DNA of 64,000 bases, taken from assembly GCF_000315625.1 (NCBI RefSeq), contig NW_005434672.1:961374-1025373 (forward strand). Reading direction: 5' to 3'. The notes beneath the pieces were generated by a model, which worked only from the letters and a program-made list of their open reading frames with translations, was not told the DNA's origin and ran no database searches. This document shows positions 35,609 through 54,639 of the stretch, piece after piece (the stretch's first letter is position 1; each line of letters starts with the position of its first letter). The stretch is from Guillardia theta CCMP2712. Its lineage: Eukaryota > Protista > Cryptophyta. The translations under genes were made by a program, and so were the position numbers.

Positions 35609-36313
35609 TTACAAGTCCTTCCTTGCTGCATTCAGATTGCAATCGCATTCTTTCACCTTTAAAGGCATTAGATTCAAGAACCTAAAATCATCCTACAGAC
35701 CTTGGAAGCAAGATTCTTGTTCTTGACTTTGAGCAACTTGATGGTGTCAGCTTGATTCATGACCATTTCCTCCTCCCTCACCTCCAATTGAGAAGCAAGC
35801 TGACTGCTTTTCTTCTGCTCTTCTTCGAGCATTTTGCGCAAAGCCTCACTTGTTGACCTCCAATCCTGTTGAACATTAAATCGTCGTCGTGCTTGCTCCC
35901 GTCCGATCTCTCACCCGCACTTCTTCCCAAAGTTTCGCGTTCTCACCCATCACTTCACTTAGTCGATACGAGCACAGAGCTTCGATCGAGTCGATCTTCA
36001 AAACCTTGGTCGGCTTATCCTTTTGCGTCTGCTCCTGCTCTTTCAAGTTGCGAAGAGTTTCCTGGTACGACTTATCTTGTTGTATAATCTCTTCTGCGTC
36101 ATGCTTCACTTTCTTGGTATCAATCTCTCTTTCCAGTATTCGCTGTCTGTGTTCTTCCTCAGATTTTGTCGATGTAAACTCATCAGATGTATTGCCGATT
36201 GAAGCTTCAGAGTCGGAAACAACAGGTGGTAGTTCCTCTGCATCGACATCGAATTCTTGCTTTCCAAGCTTATCAACAATTGCTTTTTGACCAGCCCACC
36301 AACACTCCTGTCA
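35609..36313 (-). CDS. Hypothetical coiled-coil protein; multi-exon, start uncertain
   Basis: E/K/Q-rich frames (DKSYQETLRNLKEQEQ; SEALRKMLEEEQKKSSQLASQLEVREEE) separated by intron-sized gaps. Confidence 0.45.
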
Positions 36314-36534
36314 TGAATCGTTATCTATCGCTTGAAGCACTTGATTCTGAAGAATCTCACAGAAGTCCTGAGCAGAGCAAGGAGAAGCAGTACGTTCATG
36401 CATTGCTGCTTCAATCTGTATCTGGCTGGCATATGTCTTGAGATGTTAGGGTGAATTTAAGGGTCTACAACGATAGAGTCAAACAAATGCCAAACAATGC
36501 CAAACAATCTCTGTCCCTATCTCTCTTCCCACAC

Positions 36535-36830
36535 TGTCGCCGGCAAGTGGCAAGTTACGGCCCGGGCAGCTCAGACACCGGACTCAGATCACGACCTTTA
36601 AGTTCCTTCCTCTGAGTCTCAAGCTGGCTCCCTGGCAGCCGCGCTGCGGCTCTCCGATACCGGCCGCCGGCCTACCGCAAGCTGAGAGTGGCATGCGAGT
36701 TCGAAGACCTCCTTCTCTCCTGTCCCTAAGGCCCAGGCCCTCTGGGCCTCCTCAGGCCTCTCCCCCTCTCCCTCTCTCCTCCTCTTCTCCTCTCCCCCTC
36801 TCCCCCTCTCCCCCTCTCGCTCATCCTTGA
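36535..36830. repeat. GC-rich dispersed repeat island followed by a CT-rich tract
   Basis: CCGG/GGCC/ACTCAG/AAGTT words shared with the other islands. Confidence 0.45.
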
Positions 36831-37177
36831 TAACCAACGGCAGTGCTGCAGTGCCGCATTCCCTCTCAGCATACTCTGATCACCTCTCAAGTTTGACTCT
36901 GCCTGACCGTTTTGACATGGCTCTAGATGAGTGGGGATGAGGGCACATCTCTAGTGATTGAGGTTGAGTGGGGATGTGGGTACCATCTATTTCGGGCTGC
37001 GTTTTCACGATGGCAGCATCAGGATAGACGGCGCGTGAAGAGGAGAGAGAAGGAGAGACACGTGGAAAAGGAAGGGAGATGGCCACTAAAACCTTCAACG
37101 TCGGAGTCAAGAGCTGTGCCATCATCTGAACTCGGCACTGGTGCAAGACCAGTGATTGAACAACACCACCAGCGACC

Positions 37178-38053
37178 ATGCGCAATTTAGTTCGAATTTT
37201 CCTGTCTTCCTTATTGGTTCTGTTGGCAATTGTCGTCATTCCAAGTGCTTTTGATCAGGAACAAGGAGGTGACCAGCTTTCCATCTTCGCCTACTTCGAG
37301 GATCTGGTGGGTTCCCCAAAGTCCTCTGCCAGGAAACTTTCGGCTCAGCCCACAGATGAGCATGCAGCGAAAAGAGTTTTACACCAGAGAGCCATAGCCC
37401 GCAAGCAAATCTCCACCGTCAAAGCTCCCAGTCTCGCCCACGTCCATAGGAATCTGGTCAATGCTACCAACCACACAAGTGCGGTCCATCCAACCACGAG
37501 GACAAAGGTGTCGGAGCACAAGGTCAGACTGACTTCGGGGCAGCTGAAGAGCCATGGATCGAACGACGCACGGGGCAGTGAGGCGTGGGAACGGCAGGCT
37601 GATGATGACTTCTTCGACAGCCTGGACAAGAACAGAGATGCAAACGAGCGAGCCAAGCGAACGGAGATCAAGCGGAGGAGTGAGTCTGAGGAAGAAGAGC
37701 ACCAGGCAGCGGAAAGAGCTGAGGAAGAGAAGGTGAACAGACGGTATCTTGATGCGAAGAGGCGCTTCATGAAGCAGCAACAAGCCGCCAAGAAGTACAC
37801 CAAGGACGCGTTTGCACGGATGGACGCTCATCAGGCCCATCTCAGGAGCGACTCTTTCGTGGGGTTCAAGTCGATAGAAGCGAAGGAGCTGGCAAGAGAG
37901 GTGGAAAGAGATCACCCGAATGAATCAGCATCACAGATAGCTGCTCGAGCCCTCAAGTTGCTCCATGTCATCATGAAGAGTCGAAGCGAGAGCCCGTCGT
38001 TGCCTCACTTGGACTCCGTTGGCCCGATCGGACCTGCTGATGATGTTCATTGA
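37178..38053 (+). CDS. Hypothetical protein with N-terminal signal/anchor and a charged coiled coil (291 aa)
   Basis: Single ATG-to-stop ORF; MRNLVRIFLSSLLVLLAIVVIPSA is hydrophobic. Confidence 0.65.
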   Translation: MRNLVRIFLSSLLVLLAIVVIPSAFDQEQGGDQLSIFAYFEDLVGSPKSSARKLSAQPTDEHAAKRVLHQRAIARKQISTVKAPSLAHVHRNLVNATNHTSAVHPTTRTKVSEHKVRLTSGQLKSHGSNDARGSEAWERQADDDFFDSLDKNRDANERAKRTEIKRRSESEEEEHQAAERAEEEKVNRRYLDAKRRFMKQQQAAKKYTKDAFARMDAHQAHLRSDSFVGFKSIEAKELAREVERDHPNESASQIAARALKLLHVIMKSRSESPSLPHLDSVGPIGPADDVH

Positions 38054-39104
38054 GTTGAAGACAGAGGATTGAGTTCCAGTTGTATATTTCTTCTCCTTGC
38101 GATCAACCTCTCATCATTTCTTCTGTCAACAGTCTGCACATGGGCACTATCAAAGCTTGTCTCTTTCTATATCCCCTGTTATTCTCTTGTTCAAAGTAAA
38201 TTTTTCTGATTTGTAGCTACACCGCTCCGGCACCCTCGCCGGCACCCTTCATCTAGTAGAAGTTGACTATCTTCCCGCGTCCTTGGAAGTGGATTATGTG
38301 AGGACAAGGGAGGCTGCGATATTCTTGCAGGCTGAAATCTTTTCTTGGCGTACTGAATGAACTGACAACTAAGAAAGAGAGGCAGAGGGAGGGGTTATGA
38401 ACAGAAACGAGGAAACCAAAAAGAGAAAAAGAGGATTGACAAAAGCCAATCTAAAACTGATGCTCTCAATGACACTTACAGTGAGGAAGAGCGCAGCTGT
38501 GTATGAACTTCAAAGACGGTCAGAGTCTTGATAGTCTGGACGACAAGTACGGGCAGACAAGACATTGGCTGGTAGCTGGGGAGAAGACTCTGGGAGTAGT
38601 GTTAAAACAAACCAAACTTCAATGTATCCTCCTCTTCTTCGACTATTCAACAAATTCCAGTATCGTCTTGTCTTGAAGATCCTTCAACTAGGTAAATTCA
38701 ACTTATTCCTGCCTTTATGATATGTCAATTAACATTGCGATCTCCGTCTTGACTATCGTACATCCCTCCGCCTTGAGTCTCGCTCCGTCCCTCGAGCTCG
38801 CTCCTCCTGACGCTTATCATGGAAGGCGGTGCAAGCACAGACGCGCTCTTCTCTTGGCTCCATGATCACAACAGCATCTTGCCATGGCATGGACTCTGAC
38901 GACGACAGCACTGAAACCTTGTTTCGGATCCTCTTAGACGCGACAGACCCAGAGGCAGAAGGATGCTCTCCGATCCAAGACCTTGCCATGCAGGTTGACG
39001 TACCGTACTACTCAGGAGTGCCTGCGCGGAAAGCCTCCGGGAGACATATGCCTCAGCCTGAAGACGTCTGCTTATCTCTACCGTACAAGCCTTCAAGCCT
39101 CCCG

Positions 39105-39560
39105 AGTCCGCCGTGACCGTACTATGACTGATCCCGGCCAAGTTAAGCCGCGGGCAGGCTGGCCCCGGTGACGCCGGTCACGGCCGCACCGTCCGGCGGC
39201 GTCCCGGAGTCCACACTGACAGAACTGGTGGCACTGCGCGGCGTCCGGCGGCGACTCAGCCTAGATGAGCCTCCGGGCCCGGGGGCCCAACAATGACAAT
39301 CGCCGGTGAACCCCGTGGATCACTTGCGGGCGCGGCTGGTGACTCGCGCGGCCCAAGTTGCCGCGCAGTGCGGCGGCTTACGGGTACGGTACGGTCCGAG
39401 GATGATCGGATCAGTGAGTAGCTCAGTGCGGCCGCGGGCCGCCGGCCCGGCGGGCCCGCAGAAACTGTTATGTAACGTTTATGTAACTGCCTCCGGAAAT
39501 AGAGGGCAGCAGGACCATGTTCGCGCTCCTGTACCTGACGGCGGGGATGTCGGAGGGGGC
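39105..39560. repeat. GC-rich dispersed repeat island
   Basis: Dense CCGG/GGCC/GCGGC palindromic words plus ACTCAG and GTACGG. Confidence 0.55.
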
Positions 39561-39996
39561 GATCAGAGAGCATGAGATTCAGAAGAACAGTGACATGATA
39601 GACTTCTGCACTCAAACATACTCCAGCATCAAGAACCGAGAGTACTGCATCGACGTAAGTTGATCGAGCACTTGAACACGTGCCCGTTGTTGTGTGCATC
39701 TTGAAAATGTGCAACATGATCTGTGCTCTGTTTGCGTGCGAGATCGAACTATCTTTGATGAGTCATTCTGACATTTCATCATAGAAATTCGTCAAACCAA
39801 GCTTCAACTACATGCAGTTCTGAACTTCCTCAGCCGATGGGCATATTTGTGACTTGTGTTATGTATGTATCAACCTCTATTGGAACAGATCATTCTTTGC
39901 TTTATAAAAGAAGACATCCTTGGAAGGATGTAGTTTACTGAAAAACAAGATGATTTTTCGTGTAAACTTTTCTTTTTGAACATTCCTGTTATTTGC

Positions 39997-46005
<6,009 letters not shown>

Positions 46006-46079
46006 GATCTGCTTCTCAATCTTTCTCCTCCCCTCTCTTCTCACCCCTCCGATCCACCATCCCTGCCTGCTCGCTCGGC

Positions 46080-46440
46080 CATACCACCCCCCACCCGTCT
46101 TCACCTCTGATTCCACCTACCCCAATGCACCAGACTACCCCCTGTTATCCATCTCCTCATCATCTCATCTTGTGTACCCCCACCTTTGTGATACCACCCC
46201 CACGACGAAATGCCCTCCTTTTTGTACTATTTACTACCCCCCCAAGGTGACACATGATTTCAAGTACCCCATGTATCGAAAGTCGAATGCTCTGTCTTCA
46301 CCCGTGCATGTTACCCGACCACCCTACCCCTGATAAATCCCTTGATCATCCCCCCTATCTAGCTCTTCAGTACCCCACATTGCATACCGTACTACTACCA
46401 CCCACCCTGACATCAGATGGTGGTTCTGTAGGTGTACTAG
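46080..46440 (-). promoter_or_regulatory. GGGGTA (TACCCC on +) motif cluster upstream of the SPOC gene
   Basis: Many CTACCCC/GTACCCC copies in about 360 bp. Confidence 0.35.
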
Positions 46441-46444
46441 ATGG

Positions 46445-46740
46445 CCCGGCTTTGCCTCGTGGCATCTGATTTATGCGCTGCGCACCGTGCGGTAGCGGCT
46501 TCAGTCACACGGCGGGCCGTACGGTGGGCTCATGAGAGTCTCATAAGGAATCATACTGTATCACCGTTCGAGGTTGGTCTGCGGCAATGGAACTGTGAAC
46601 TTCAAGAGGACCTTACTCCCGGGTCAGCCATCGGATGCCCAAGTTCAGGCTTCGTCCTTCCGTACGGCGGGCCGCGGCGCGCGGCGGCGCAGCCCTGCCT
46701 CCGGCCGCCCGGCCCGTCAGCTCCACCAAATAAAAAAAAA
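46445..46740. repeat. GC-rich dispersed repeat island ending in an A-run
   Basis: Same word content as the other islands. Confidence 0.5.
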
Positions 46741-47214
46741 GTGCCTTTTACACAGAGGAAAGCGCCGGGGAAGGAGAGAGGTCAAGGAGGAGGACGAAAG
46801 GAGGAGCGGGCAGTGCCGAGCACGAAGTGGAGGAGCCAAAGTATAACAAGTGAAGACAGCGGGAGAGAGAGGGAGGAGTGACAGATAGCCGTCGAGAGAA
46901 GAACATAGACATCTGGTTGGTATGTAGCTGATTACGTTGAGCTGCCTGGGAAATGTTTGTGAATTCAGCATCTTGTTGGCGACCGTTCAGGCCGATCCTG
47001 AATGAAGGAAACCCATTACATCCTTGTGCAAAGAATTATGAGGTGACCCAACTGGCTCGTCTGAGGCTCGATCATAGAATCCCGACGGTGAGCTTTATTG
47101 TTGGGTGTAACGGTATTCAATGACCCCTCACACAGATGAAACCACTTTGTTCACATCCCTTTGGAATGCTTGCTGAGACGGAAAGACTCGGAGTAAGAGC
47201 TGTTTCAATTGATA

Positions 47215-48497
47215 ATGGAACAAAACAAGCTCACCACAAAATACCAGATGATCCGTGCAGTCGGGAACGAAGTGATCTTTGCTGCCCTCTTGTTTTGCTT
47301 TTCCATGTTCGTGAAAAGGATCTACACCAGCATCGAGATAGCAGCAAAATTTAAGGTGATTGTGATCACAACCTGCAATCGTCCTAAAATTTTCTACCAA
47401 CTTGTTCCAAAATCATCCCTGAAAGGACCCGAATCTTAGTGCTCCATTGCAAACTTTTTCGGAAACATGGAATGTTTTCGCAGGACTGGGTAATCATGAC
47501 CTTGTTTGAACTTCAATCTGATATGACTTAGTTCTATTTTGGGCCCCACTTTTCCTGCTCCTCAAGGCAATAGGAGGATTCTCTCCTCAAAATTCGGTAT
47601 TCCTTTGAGCGGAACAATGTACATGACCGAGATTGACGTAATCTTTTTGTCTTAGATTTCCCACATGTTGACATTTGGGCCGTACCTGATATCATTCGCT
47701 ACACAAGTGAGGTTCTGATGCAATCACATTCATGCCTCATGTTCGACAAGGGTTTCATCCAGTCTGGTCTGGGCAAGAGCTTTCATTTCCCCGTCTCATC
47801 CCAGAGCTTGTTATCACTCTCAACCATCATCGTGTCCATCCCATTCCAGGTATGACAGTTATCGTTGCCGCACATGGAGATTGACGGTGCCATTGATCAA
47901 GGTGTGGAGGCTTTACCATCTACATTTCTGCGACATCTCGTTACTAAAATCACTGGTGGTGAATTGTTATCGCATGTCGAAGAAAATGCCCTGACTCATG
48001 ATAGCAGGAAGGCCAAATGATGTATTTCATATCTTTTATGAAAGTTGTCACCGTCGTTCACATGGCGCTATATCTCTTACGACTTCCATGGATTTCCAGC
48101 AAAGTCCTTAACCTTTTCCTTACAACCATGATGTTTGATGCTGCAACAGGCAAACCCATTCGTTTCAGGCAGTGACCTCTACAAAAGATATGAGTCATTA
48201 CAAGAAGAAGTGAAGGCGCTGAGAGAGCAAAATAGACTTTTGAAAGAGGTCAGTGCATCTGCGAGAATACTAGCATTCTATTATGCTGACTTTGCAACTG
48301 CAGCTTTATGGAGTCAATGATATCCAACAGGGAGGCGTACTCCGTGTTCAACGCCTTGCAGAGCTCCAGGTCCTTTGTTCGGGTGTGTCCAGTTTGACAC
48401 AGAGCTGACTTGACTGAGGCAGAATGCCTACGTAACCAAAAGGACGAAATCTGTGGAGGCGAGGAAAGGGAAAAAGGACCTTGAAGATGAAGATTAA
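47215..48497 (+). CDS. Hypothetical multi-exon protein with C-terminal coiled coil; start uncertain
   Basis: Short exons with GT-AG gaps of about 50 nt, e.g. DFPHVDIWAVPDIIRYT, GFHPVWSGQELSFPRL, YKRYESLQEEVKALREQNRLLKE and ...DLEDED*. Confidence 0.5.
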
Positions 48498-48711
48498 TGA
48501 AGGGGACACTTAGAAACCTTCTTTATGAAATTGGCCTTGCTCGTGGTCTTGAGTATTTTTTTTTGTATTTTATGTCTTCACGACATTAAAGCACGAGATC
48601 TTTACAGATTGTATTTGAAGGATAAAAGTCTTCCAATGTGCCCACTTACATGCGGTTGCTGTGCCACATAGTGGAAAAAACCTGAATGTGTGCAGAAATT
48701 CTTAGTCCCTT

Positions 48712-49331
48712 TCAATCATTTCTGCCAGCAGATTTCTTGGCTTGCACTCTCAAAATGTTGTTCAACAATGTAGAATCCCCGACCAAATGTCTTTCTGGTG
48801 CAGTGTCGATCGGTGCTTGACTCTCCGGTTTGGCAGGTGTAATTGACGGCTGAGGCAGATTCTGTTCCGACGAATCCAATTCTCCAAGGTTCGGCCTCTT
48901 GAACTGAATCGCATGCTCATCAACAAACTTGATGGTGGACCTTGCTGCTGGATGCATCTCTATTAATGTCAGACCGGCTCGATCCTTTCATGCGGCGACA
49001 AGGCGAACAATTCTGATGTCTTTATTGTTAGTGACCAACTTGGACAAATGGCGTTACTGTAACATCTTCAAGTTTGATTCCTTGAATACGAGATGGAGTC
49101 TTGCACTTAACTCACAGTCGTCTGCCGTAGACCAACGAGTGTATGTCCTGATGCGAACAGGGTCTGAAGGAGGCGAAGGAAACAGAAGCCCTTAGAATGT
49201 TCCTGTTCCTGTTGCGATGTGATTTCCTTGACACCGCTTCCCCGGCCAGGGCCTTCTTCAACGCAAGGAACTCGTGACGATATCTTTGCATTGGCGGAAG
49301 TGAGCACCAAAAGACTATTTTTCAATATCAT
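48712..49331 (-). CDS. Hypothetical protein; boundaries uncertain
   Basis: Terminal ORF 48712-48957 and upstream coding-like frames; no family recognised. Confidence 0.3.
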
Positions 49332-49537
49332 GGGTTCACGTGTTCCAAACGATTACAGAGCTCGTGACAATTATCCTTACAACGAGTTATCGAAAACCTC
49401 TAGTTTCAATGAAGAGGGCGCAACTCATGCTCCAGTCACGCGTCCACAATCTTTGAATAGCTTGGGGTTATTTTCAAATATCCACATTGAAGCTAATATA
49501 GTTGATCAAACCATTCAGCATAATTTTTACTAGAAGG

Positions 49538-50010
49538 GTTCCGAAGTTCCGAAGTTCCGAAGTTCTTCACCAAGTGAACCAGTCACTGTCACGGTACGGT
49601 CCGGGCGCCGTCCGGACTGGGCCCTGACCGTAGAGTTCCGAGTATTTGTCTTTGGCTTACTACGGCGAGTCAGTCCGGATGCCAGTGAGGCCGAGTACGG
49701 GCCGGGAGCATGTCACATGTCACAGTTTTGACAATACCTAGCTCCCGGGAGCAAACTCAGCAAGCAGCCGTACTACTGCCTACTCAGTGACTGACTCGGC
49801 TGGCTCGTGTGATGGACCGTACTATCGATGATCATCGCTGAGACTCTCCGGAGGCTTCCGAACCGTAGCCGGGACTCCCGGGGGCCGGGCCCCGTCGCCG
49901 ACGGTGACCGTACTCTCACTCACTGAGTCAGTCCGACTCCGGTCCGATACTTGACTCAGTGAAGGCCCCCCGGGCCGGTCAGGCAGCCTGCCCGGCGCGC
50001 CGACAGTTAT
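49538..50010. repeat. GC-rich dispersed repeat island starting with (GTTCCGAA)3
   Basis: 8-mer tandem at 49538-49561, then ACTCAGTGA/CCGGG/GTACGG-rich sequence. Confidence 0.6.
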
Positions 50011-50044
50011 AGAATAATTCATGAATCGGTTATTGTGGTTTTAT

Positions 50045-50190
50045 GCTGTAGGGGTGGTCAAGTGACACCTTCAGTAGGAGAAAGATGGGGTGGGGTAGAT
50101 GGACTTTCCGGTGTACTTCACCGGGGCCCTAAGGGAAGATGGGGGGGTAGGGAGGGGATGAGAGAACGAGTCTTGGGGAGGGTAGGGTCC
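50045..50190 (+). promoter_or_regulatory. GGGGT(A) motif cluster upstream of VTA1
   Basis: GGGGTGGGGTAG, GGGGGGTAGGG and GGGTAGGG. Confidence 0.3.
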
Positions 50191-50400
50191 TTTGGAGTGA
50201 ACGAAGATGTCGGGAGTGAAGCGAGCAGAGGAGATCCTAGCGCGCGCCGACAAACTCGACAAATCATGCCCAGTTGTAGCCATGCACTGCAGGATCTATG
50301 CGCTCGAGCTTGCTATCAAGGTAAGAGCACTCCCGTGAAGACAACACACGGATTTTACCTGTTGAAATTGTGGGGAACTCGGGTGCCGGTGTGTGGAAAG

Positions 50401-51893
50401 ATGGTCACCACAGGATTGCTAGAGAGTGAAAGAAGAGTTGAAGTGCTTACGGGCAATATCTTGAGGAGTGTAAAAGAAAGTTCCGATGGGCTATTTGAGG
50501 AAGGAACCAACCGAGAACAAGATGAACAATTGTTTGTGATGTGCAAAACACACTAGAAAACCATCTGTACAGGACGGTTGTCGAATTTAGAATGACGAGA
50601 TCATAAAACTCAATAATCTTCACATTCGAATTTATGCAGTGGCATTGAAATATATTTACAGGGTCGGGACAAGAACAACAAAGAACAAGCAGCATTCCTG
50701 GCGGAGCTAATGACGAAAGTAGAGCAGCAGAAAGCCAGTCTTGGACATGTCCCCGACGCTCAAGCGCAGGTTTACTAAACACAGCAGTCATGTCGTGCTG
50801 TCTCTTTCTGAACAATGGCTCGCAGTGCGAACTTTTGGCTCTCAGTACTTTTCAGCAAAGTGATGATCAGTAAGAACGAAATGAGGTATCGACTGAGAGT
50901 TAAAGTAAGTTGCAGATATTATGAAGGGAGAGCAAGCAAGGCGACAGTCGTTGGGTTCCGTAACGCTGCAATCTTGATGGTCGGATTGTTGTAGAACCAT
51001 ACTTACAAATGTTTGCTGATATATCTCTTTGAATTCCATAGGAAATTTGCAAGCAGTTCGGAGAATTGAGCCCAGACATTGCCGAAAAGTATAAATATGC
51101 GAAAGTCAAGGTGAAATTCTTTGTATACGATACATGGACATTAATCATGGGTTGTGTATTTCAGGCTGTCGAAATCTACAAAGCCATTCAGGAGGGTGTA
51201 GTGCCTCTTCCTCCGCAGCTGATAGGTCTACCACCGCCTTGCCTTTATCCCACCGCGGCTGATAATGAGCAGGTGCGCAAGATGGGGATGGGCATGCAGA
51301 AGAAGAGGAGGATGATGGGATTCCCCTCCCTCCTCCCAGCGAATATCCACCGCAGGATCACGATCCCAACAGTGACCAAGGTCCGCATGCACAGAACTCA
51401 GTAGTTGAGGACATCCCTGATGTACCTCCTCCCTACCGTCAACAAGATGATTTCGTCAAACCTCCAGCTCCGTCTGTTAAGCCAGAACCAGCAAAACCCA
51501 AGAAAGATCTGGAAGTGAGAAAAGCTTCGCCGATGCCCTCTGAGAACAGAAGAGATTCAGGCGCAGATGCTGTGCCGGGTGTGCCTAACCTCCTTGCTGA
51601 TGCTCCCAAAGCGGCTCCTCCTCCACGTTCCACCCAAGTTAGCGGGAATCTTGTTCCGAAGCAAGCTATCTCTCCTCGGTCTCTTGACAAAGCCGAGAAA
51701 CATACCAAGTGCGTGGCGCATTTCGCTTATTGTTGCTGTTCAAGAGCTGAAGCTTGCCGACAGGTTTGCGCTTTCAGCTATTCAATTTGATGATATTCGA
51801 GAGGCTGTTTCCAATCTTCAGGTAATCTTCGCAATGCTGGAACATGCATTAACGCGATGACAGATTGCTTTATCTCTGTTGACGGATAAATGA
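50401..51893 (+). CDS. VTA1: Vacuolar protein sorting-associated protein VTA1/LIP5 homolog; multi-exon, start uncertain
   Basis: MIT region FLAELMTKVEQQK...EICKQFGELSPDIAEKYKYAKVKAVEIYKAIQEG, a Pro-rich linker, and VSL domain KAEKHTKFALSAIQFDDIREAVSNLQIALSLL. Confidence 0.88.
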
Positions 51894-51989
51894 AGCTTTT
51901 GACAACTTTAATGTGTTTCATGCGGCCGCGCTCGTTCCTCCCCGTCAGTTGATGAAAGTAGTCAACGAGCCTAGAAACTTCCAAACCCC

Positions 51990-52400
51990 ACAGGCCGGGC
52001 TTGCCAACCTCAGCGGCTGGTCCGACAGTACTGCCATGATTCGGAATCCCCGGGGGGGCGGTCCCTGTGGCGGATCAGGGACGCCGCCGGCGGTCTCATT
52101 GAAACTTTGAACCGGGCGGCGGCTCGGACAAGTTCCGAGGGCCGCCGTGATCGGATCCGCCGCGCGGCGCTGGGATCTCAGTGCCAGACTCGACTCAGAC
52201 GGTCGCCGGGCGATCGGACCCGGCGGCCCCGGGCCCCGCGAACGGCGGTCGCGTGGCACGCCCGGCCGGTTGAGCCGCGTGCGGTCACGCGGCCGCATCC
52301 GGGTCCGATCGGCCCCCGGCCGGGCCGGGCGGTCCGGGCATCATTGCGGCCCAGTGATTGTCCTCGTACTGAATTTTGAACTTAACTTTGAGTAAAGACT
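51990..52400 (+). repeat. GC-rich dispersed repeat ending in the conserved motif
   Basis: 52355-52400 reads TGATTGTCCTCGTACTGAATTTTGAACTTAACTTTGAGTAAAGACT. Confidence 0.7.
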
Positions 52401-52502
52401 TTGATGGAGGTCAAGTTTCACCAACTTGAAGAGATGCGGGGAAATTGAAGGCTAGCTAGGCTAGAGGGGTTGCAGCAAACAAGGGAGGGGCTGCGAAACG
52501 AC

Positions 52503-53483
52503 ATGGCGGAAGAGCAGGTGGACACCAGATGATGGGGATGAGACTCATACCATGATGCCTCCGTTATGCCGGGTTAATCTGAGACTTTCCCCGGATAACT
52601 CAGTGACCTTTGATGCGTTGATGACAGTGAGACACTAGTGTAGTAAGATGAAGGCTAGGTGCAGATCTCGTTTGAAATCACAACTTTGAACCATGTCCGT
52701 GCCATAGAGAATGAGCCTCATTCTCTACGGGAGAAAAATGTCCGGAGAAGCTTGTCTATGCGCCGGCTGAAATCAGGACGATTTTTGGGATAGCCTTTGC
52801 AAGACAAATCGAAACTTTGAACTTTGTTCCAACAAGCCAACACAAGTAGAGAAAGGAAGTTGAATTTCTAATCACCGTGAGACTTAGGGTATTTCTTGAT
52901 GATTCCACTACATGTAGCGGAACACCCGGTGAAAGGCCAACTTTGTGTCAGACATCAGGACTAGTTTGTACACCAAAAGTACTGGGGGAAGAGGGGAGGA
53001 CAGAGAGAGAAAATATTTCAATACTTCCCTCGTCTTCTCGATGTCTCTCGCTGAATCAGAACGGTTTCTGTTCTCACTTGAGCCGTACAGGATGCTTCTT
53101 CCACAGTTTGCCTTTGCCCAGAAGCTGTACATGGGCGATCCGCTGATCACGGCACCGGGAACGTATTATGGTCCTTACAAGTATCATGCCCTTGCTCTGC
53201 AGTCTTGGATGTTTGTAACCAAACTAAACAGTGGACCACCTCCTCCTAACGAAGTCATCTACCCTGATTTCGACTCATTCTGTGAGATTCTTTCTCAGCA
53301 TACCCGTTGCTCTTGACTGACACATGGTTGTTTCTGCAGATCGAGCTCACAACAACGGGCAGAAGCCTCCAGCGGGTTGTGTCTATTGCCCAGGATACTT
53401 CGAAGAACACCTGCAGGACATGCCCGACGCGAGGAACACTCGCCCTGCTCGTGTCGCTCACTTTTTGTAACTCATGCGAATGA
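52503..53483 (+). CDS. Hypothetical multi-exon protein; boundaries uncertain
   Basis: Coding-like exons such as MLLPQFAFAQKLYMGDPLITAPGTYYGPYKY, separated by intron-like gaps. Confidence 0.35.
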
Positions 53484-53505
53484 AGCAATAGTGAGTTTGA
53501 TCTCA

Positions 53506-54575
53506 TCACTTGAGATTGTATGCATAGGCTCCATCAAATTGTGCATGTTCAAAGTTCTTGTTGACGTCATAGGCCGCGCGCTCGCGGTTTGCAACACCAC
53601 ACACACTTTCATCGAAGGTCGCAGCAATGTTGTTTCTCTCTACGGACAATGGAATATAGAGAATTCAGGAAAACAGTGACAGCTGAAAACTAACATAGCA
53701 AAACAATAGCATAGATAGTAGCGCGTCGTTCTGCAATGCTGCAAACCTCACAAAATTCCCCGTAAAAGCAAAAAACTTCTATTTGAAATTCAAAAATCGC
53801 AAACATGTGCGTTGCTGATCGTCTAGTTCAAAATCGGCAGTAGGTGTCCGTCCAGGAGCACCAAGAAGAGACTGGTCTGGGGACTTATTAAGACCCACTT
53901 TTCGATACGCTTTCCATGAATTGCACGTTAATAGTTCAAAATCTGCCAGAAAACAGCATCAGTGAGGATTGATCGACGTTGAGAATCAAATATTTTCACC
54001 TTGCATGTTCAGTGTACGATCACGTTTCTCACCCCCGTAGCTATTCGCTCTTGAACAACAAATTTCGCGAGATGGATCTTCGTTGGGTCTTTCTCCACCC
54101 GTGTGGCAGCTTGTTTCTCCCAACTGCAGATGATTCGAGTTCTTCTCCCAGAATTCAAGAGATTCTCTTTCCGTTTGCCCGCATGTCATTAAAGCGCATA
54201 TTCCAACCGTTCCTGAAGGAAAGTATGGATTCAGACGAAAAATCAAATCAATCTAGGCTGGTTTGGTACAGAATCAGACATTTGTTGAATGCCTGTAAAA
54301 CACGCGAAACTCGATCGCAACTATAACATCTCGAGAAAATCACAAGAACTAATGCTCATATCGATTGCAACATCGACGACAACAGTGTGATATCACAGGA
54401 ACTTCGAATTGCAAGCTCGTCATGCTCAAGAGCCATCCGAGAATTGAGATATGTGATGACTTCAAATTTGTGGTAGAAAGGTCTCACGCGTGTACGCAGG
54501 AATGCTTACCTCTATCTGTCTCCATTTCCATCCCGAAAGCATGAGCTGAGAGGGAGTCGCATCCTCCTCCTTCAT
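53506..54575 (-). CDS. Hypothetical multi-exon protein; boundaries uncertain
   Basis: First exon MKEEDATPSQLMLSGWKWRQIE followed by a GTAAGC donor. Possible last exon ...FEHAQFDGAYAYNLK*. Confidence 0.25.
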
Positions 54576-54639
54576 CTGTCGCCTTTCCCATTCCCACCAT
54601 TTCACTACTCCACCATCGCCCCTGTCACCCCTGGCGATG

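Noticed and set aside
38620-39116. Small plus-strand gene
   Set aside because: Short ORF running into a repeat island, with no recognisable motif; cannot be supported.
39256-39717. ORFs within GC-rich islands (also 46441-46881 and 51945-52395)
   Set aside because: Pro/Arg/Gly-rich frames are expected from stop-poor GC-rich repeats.
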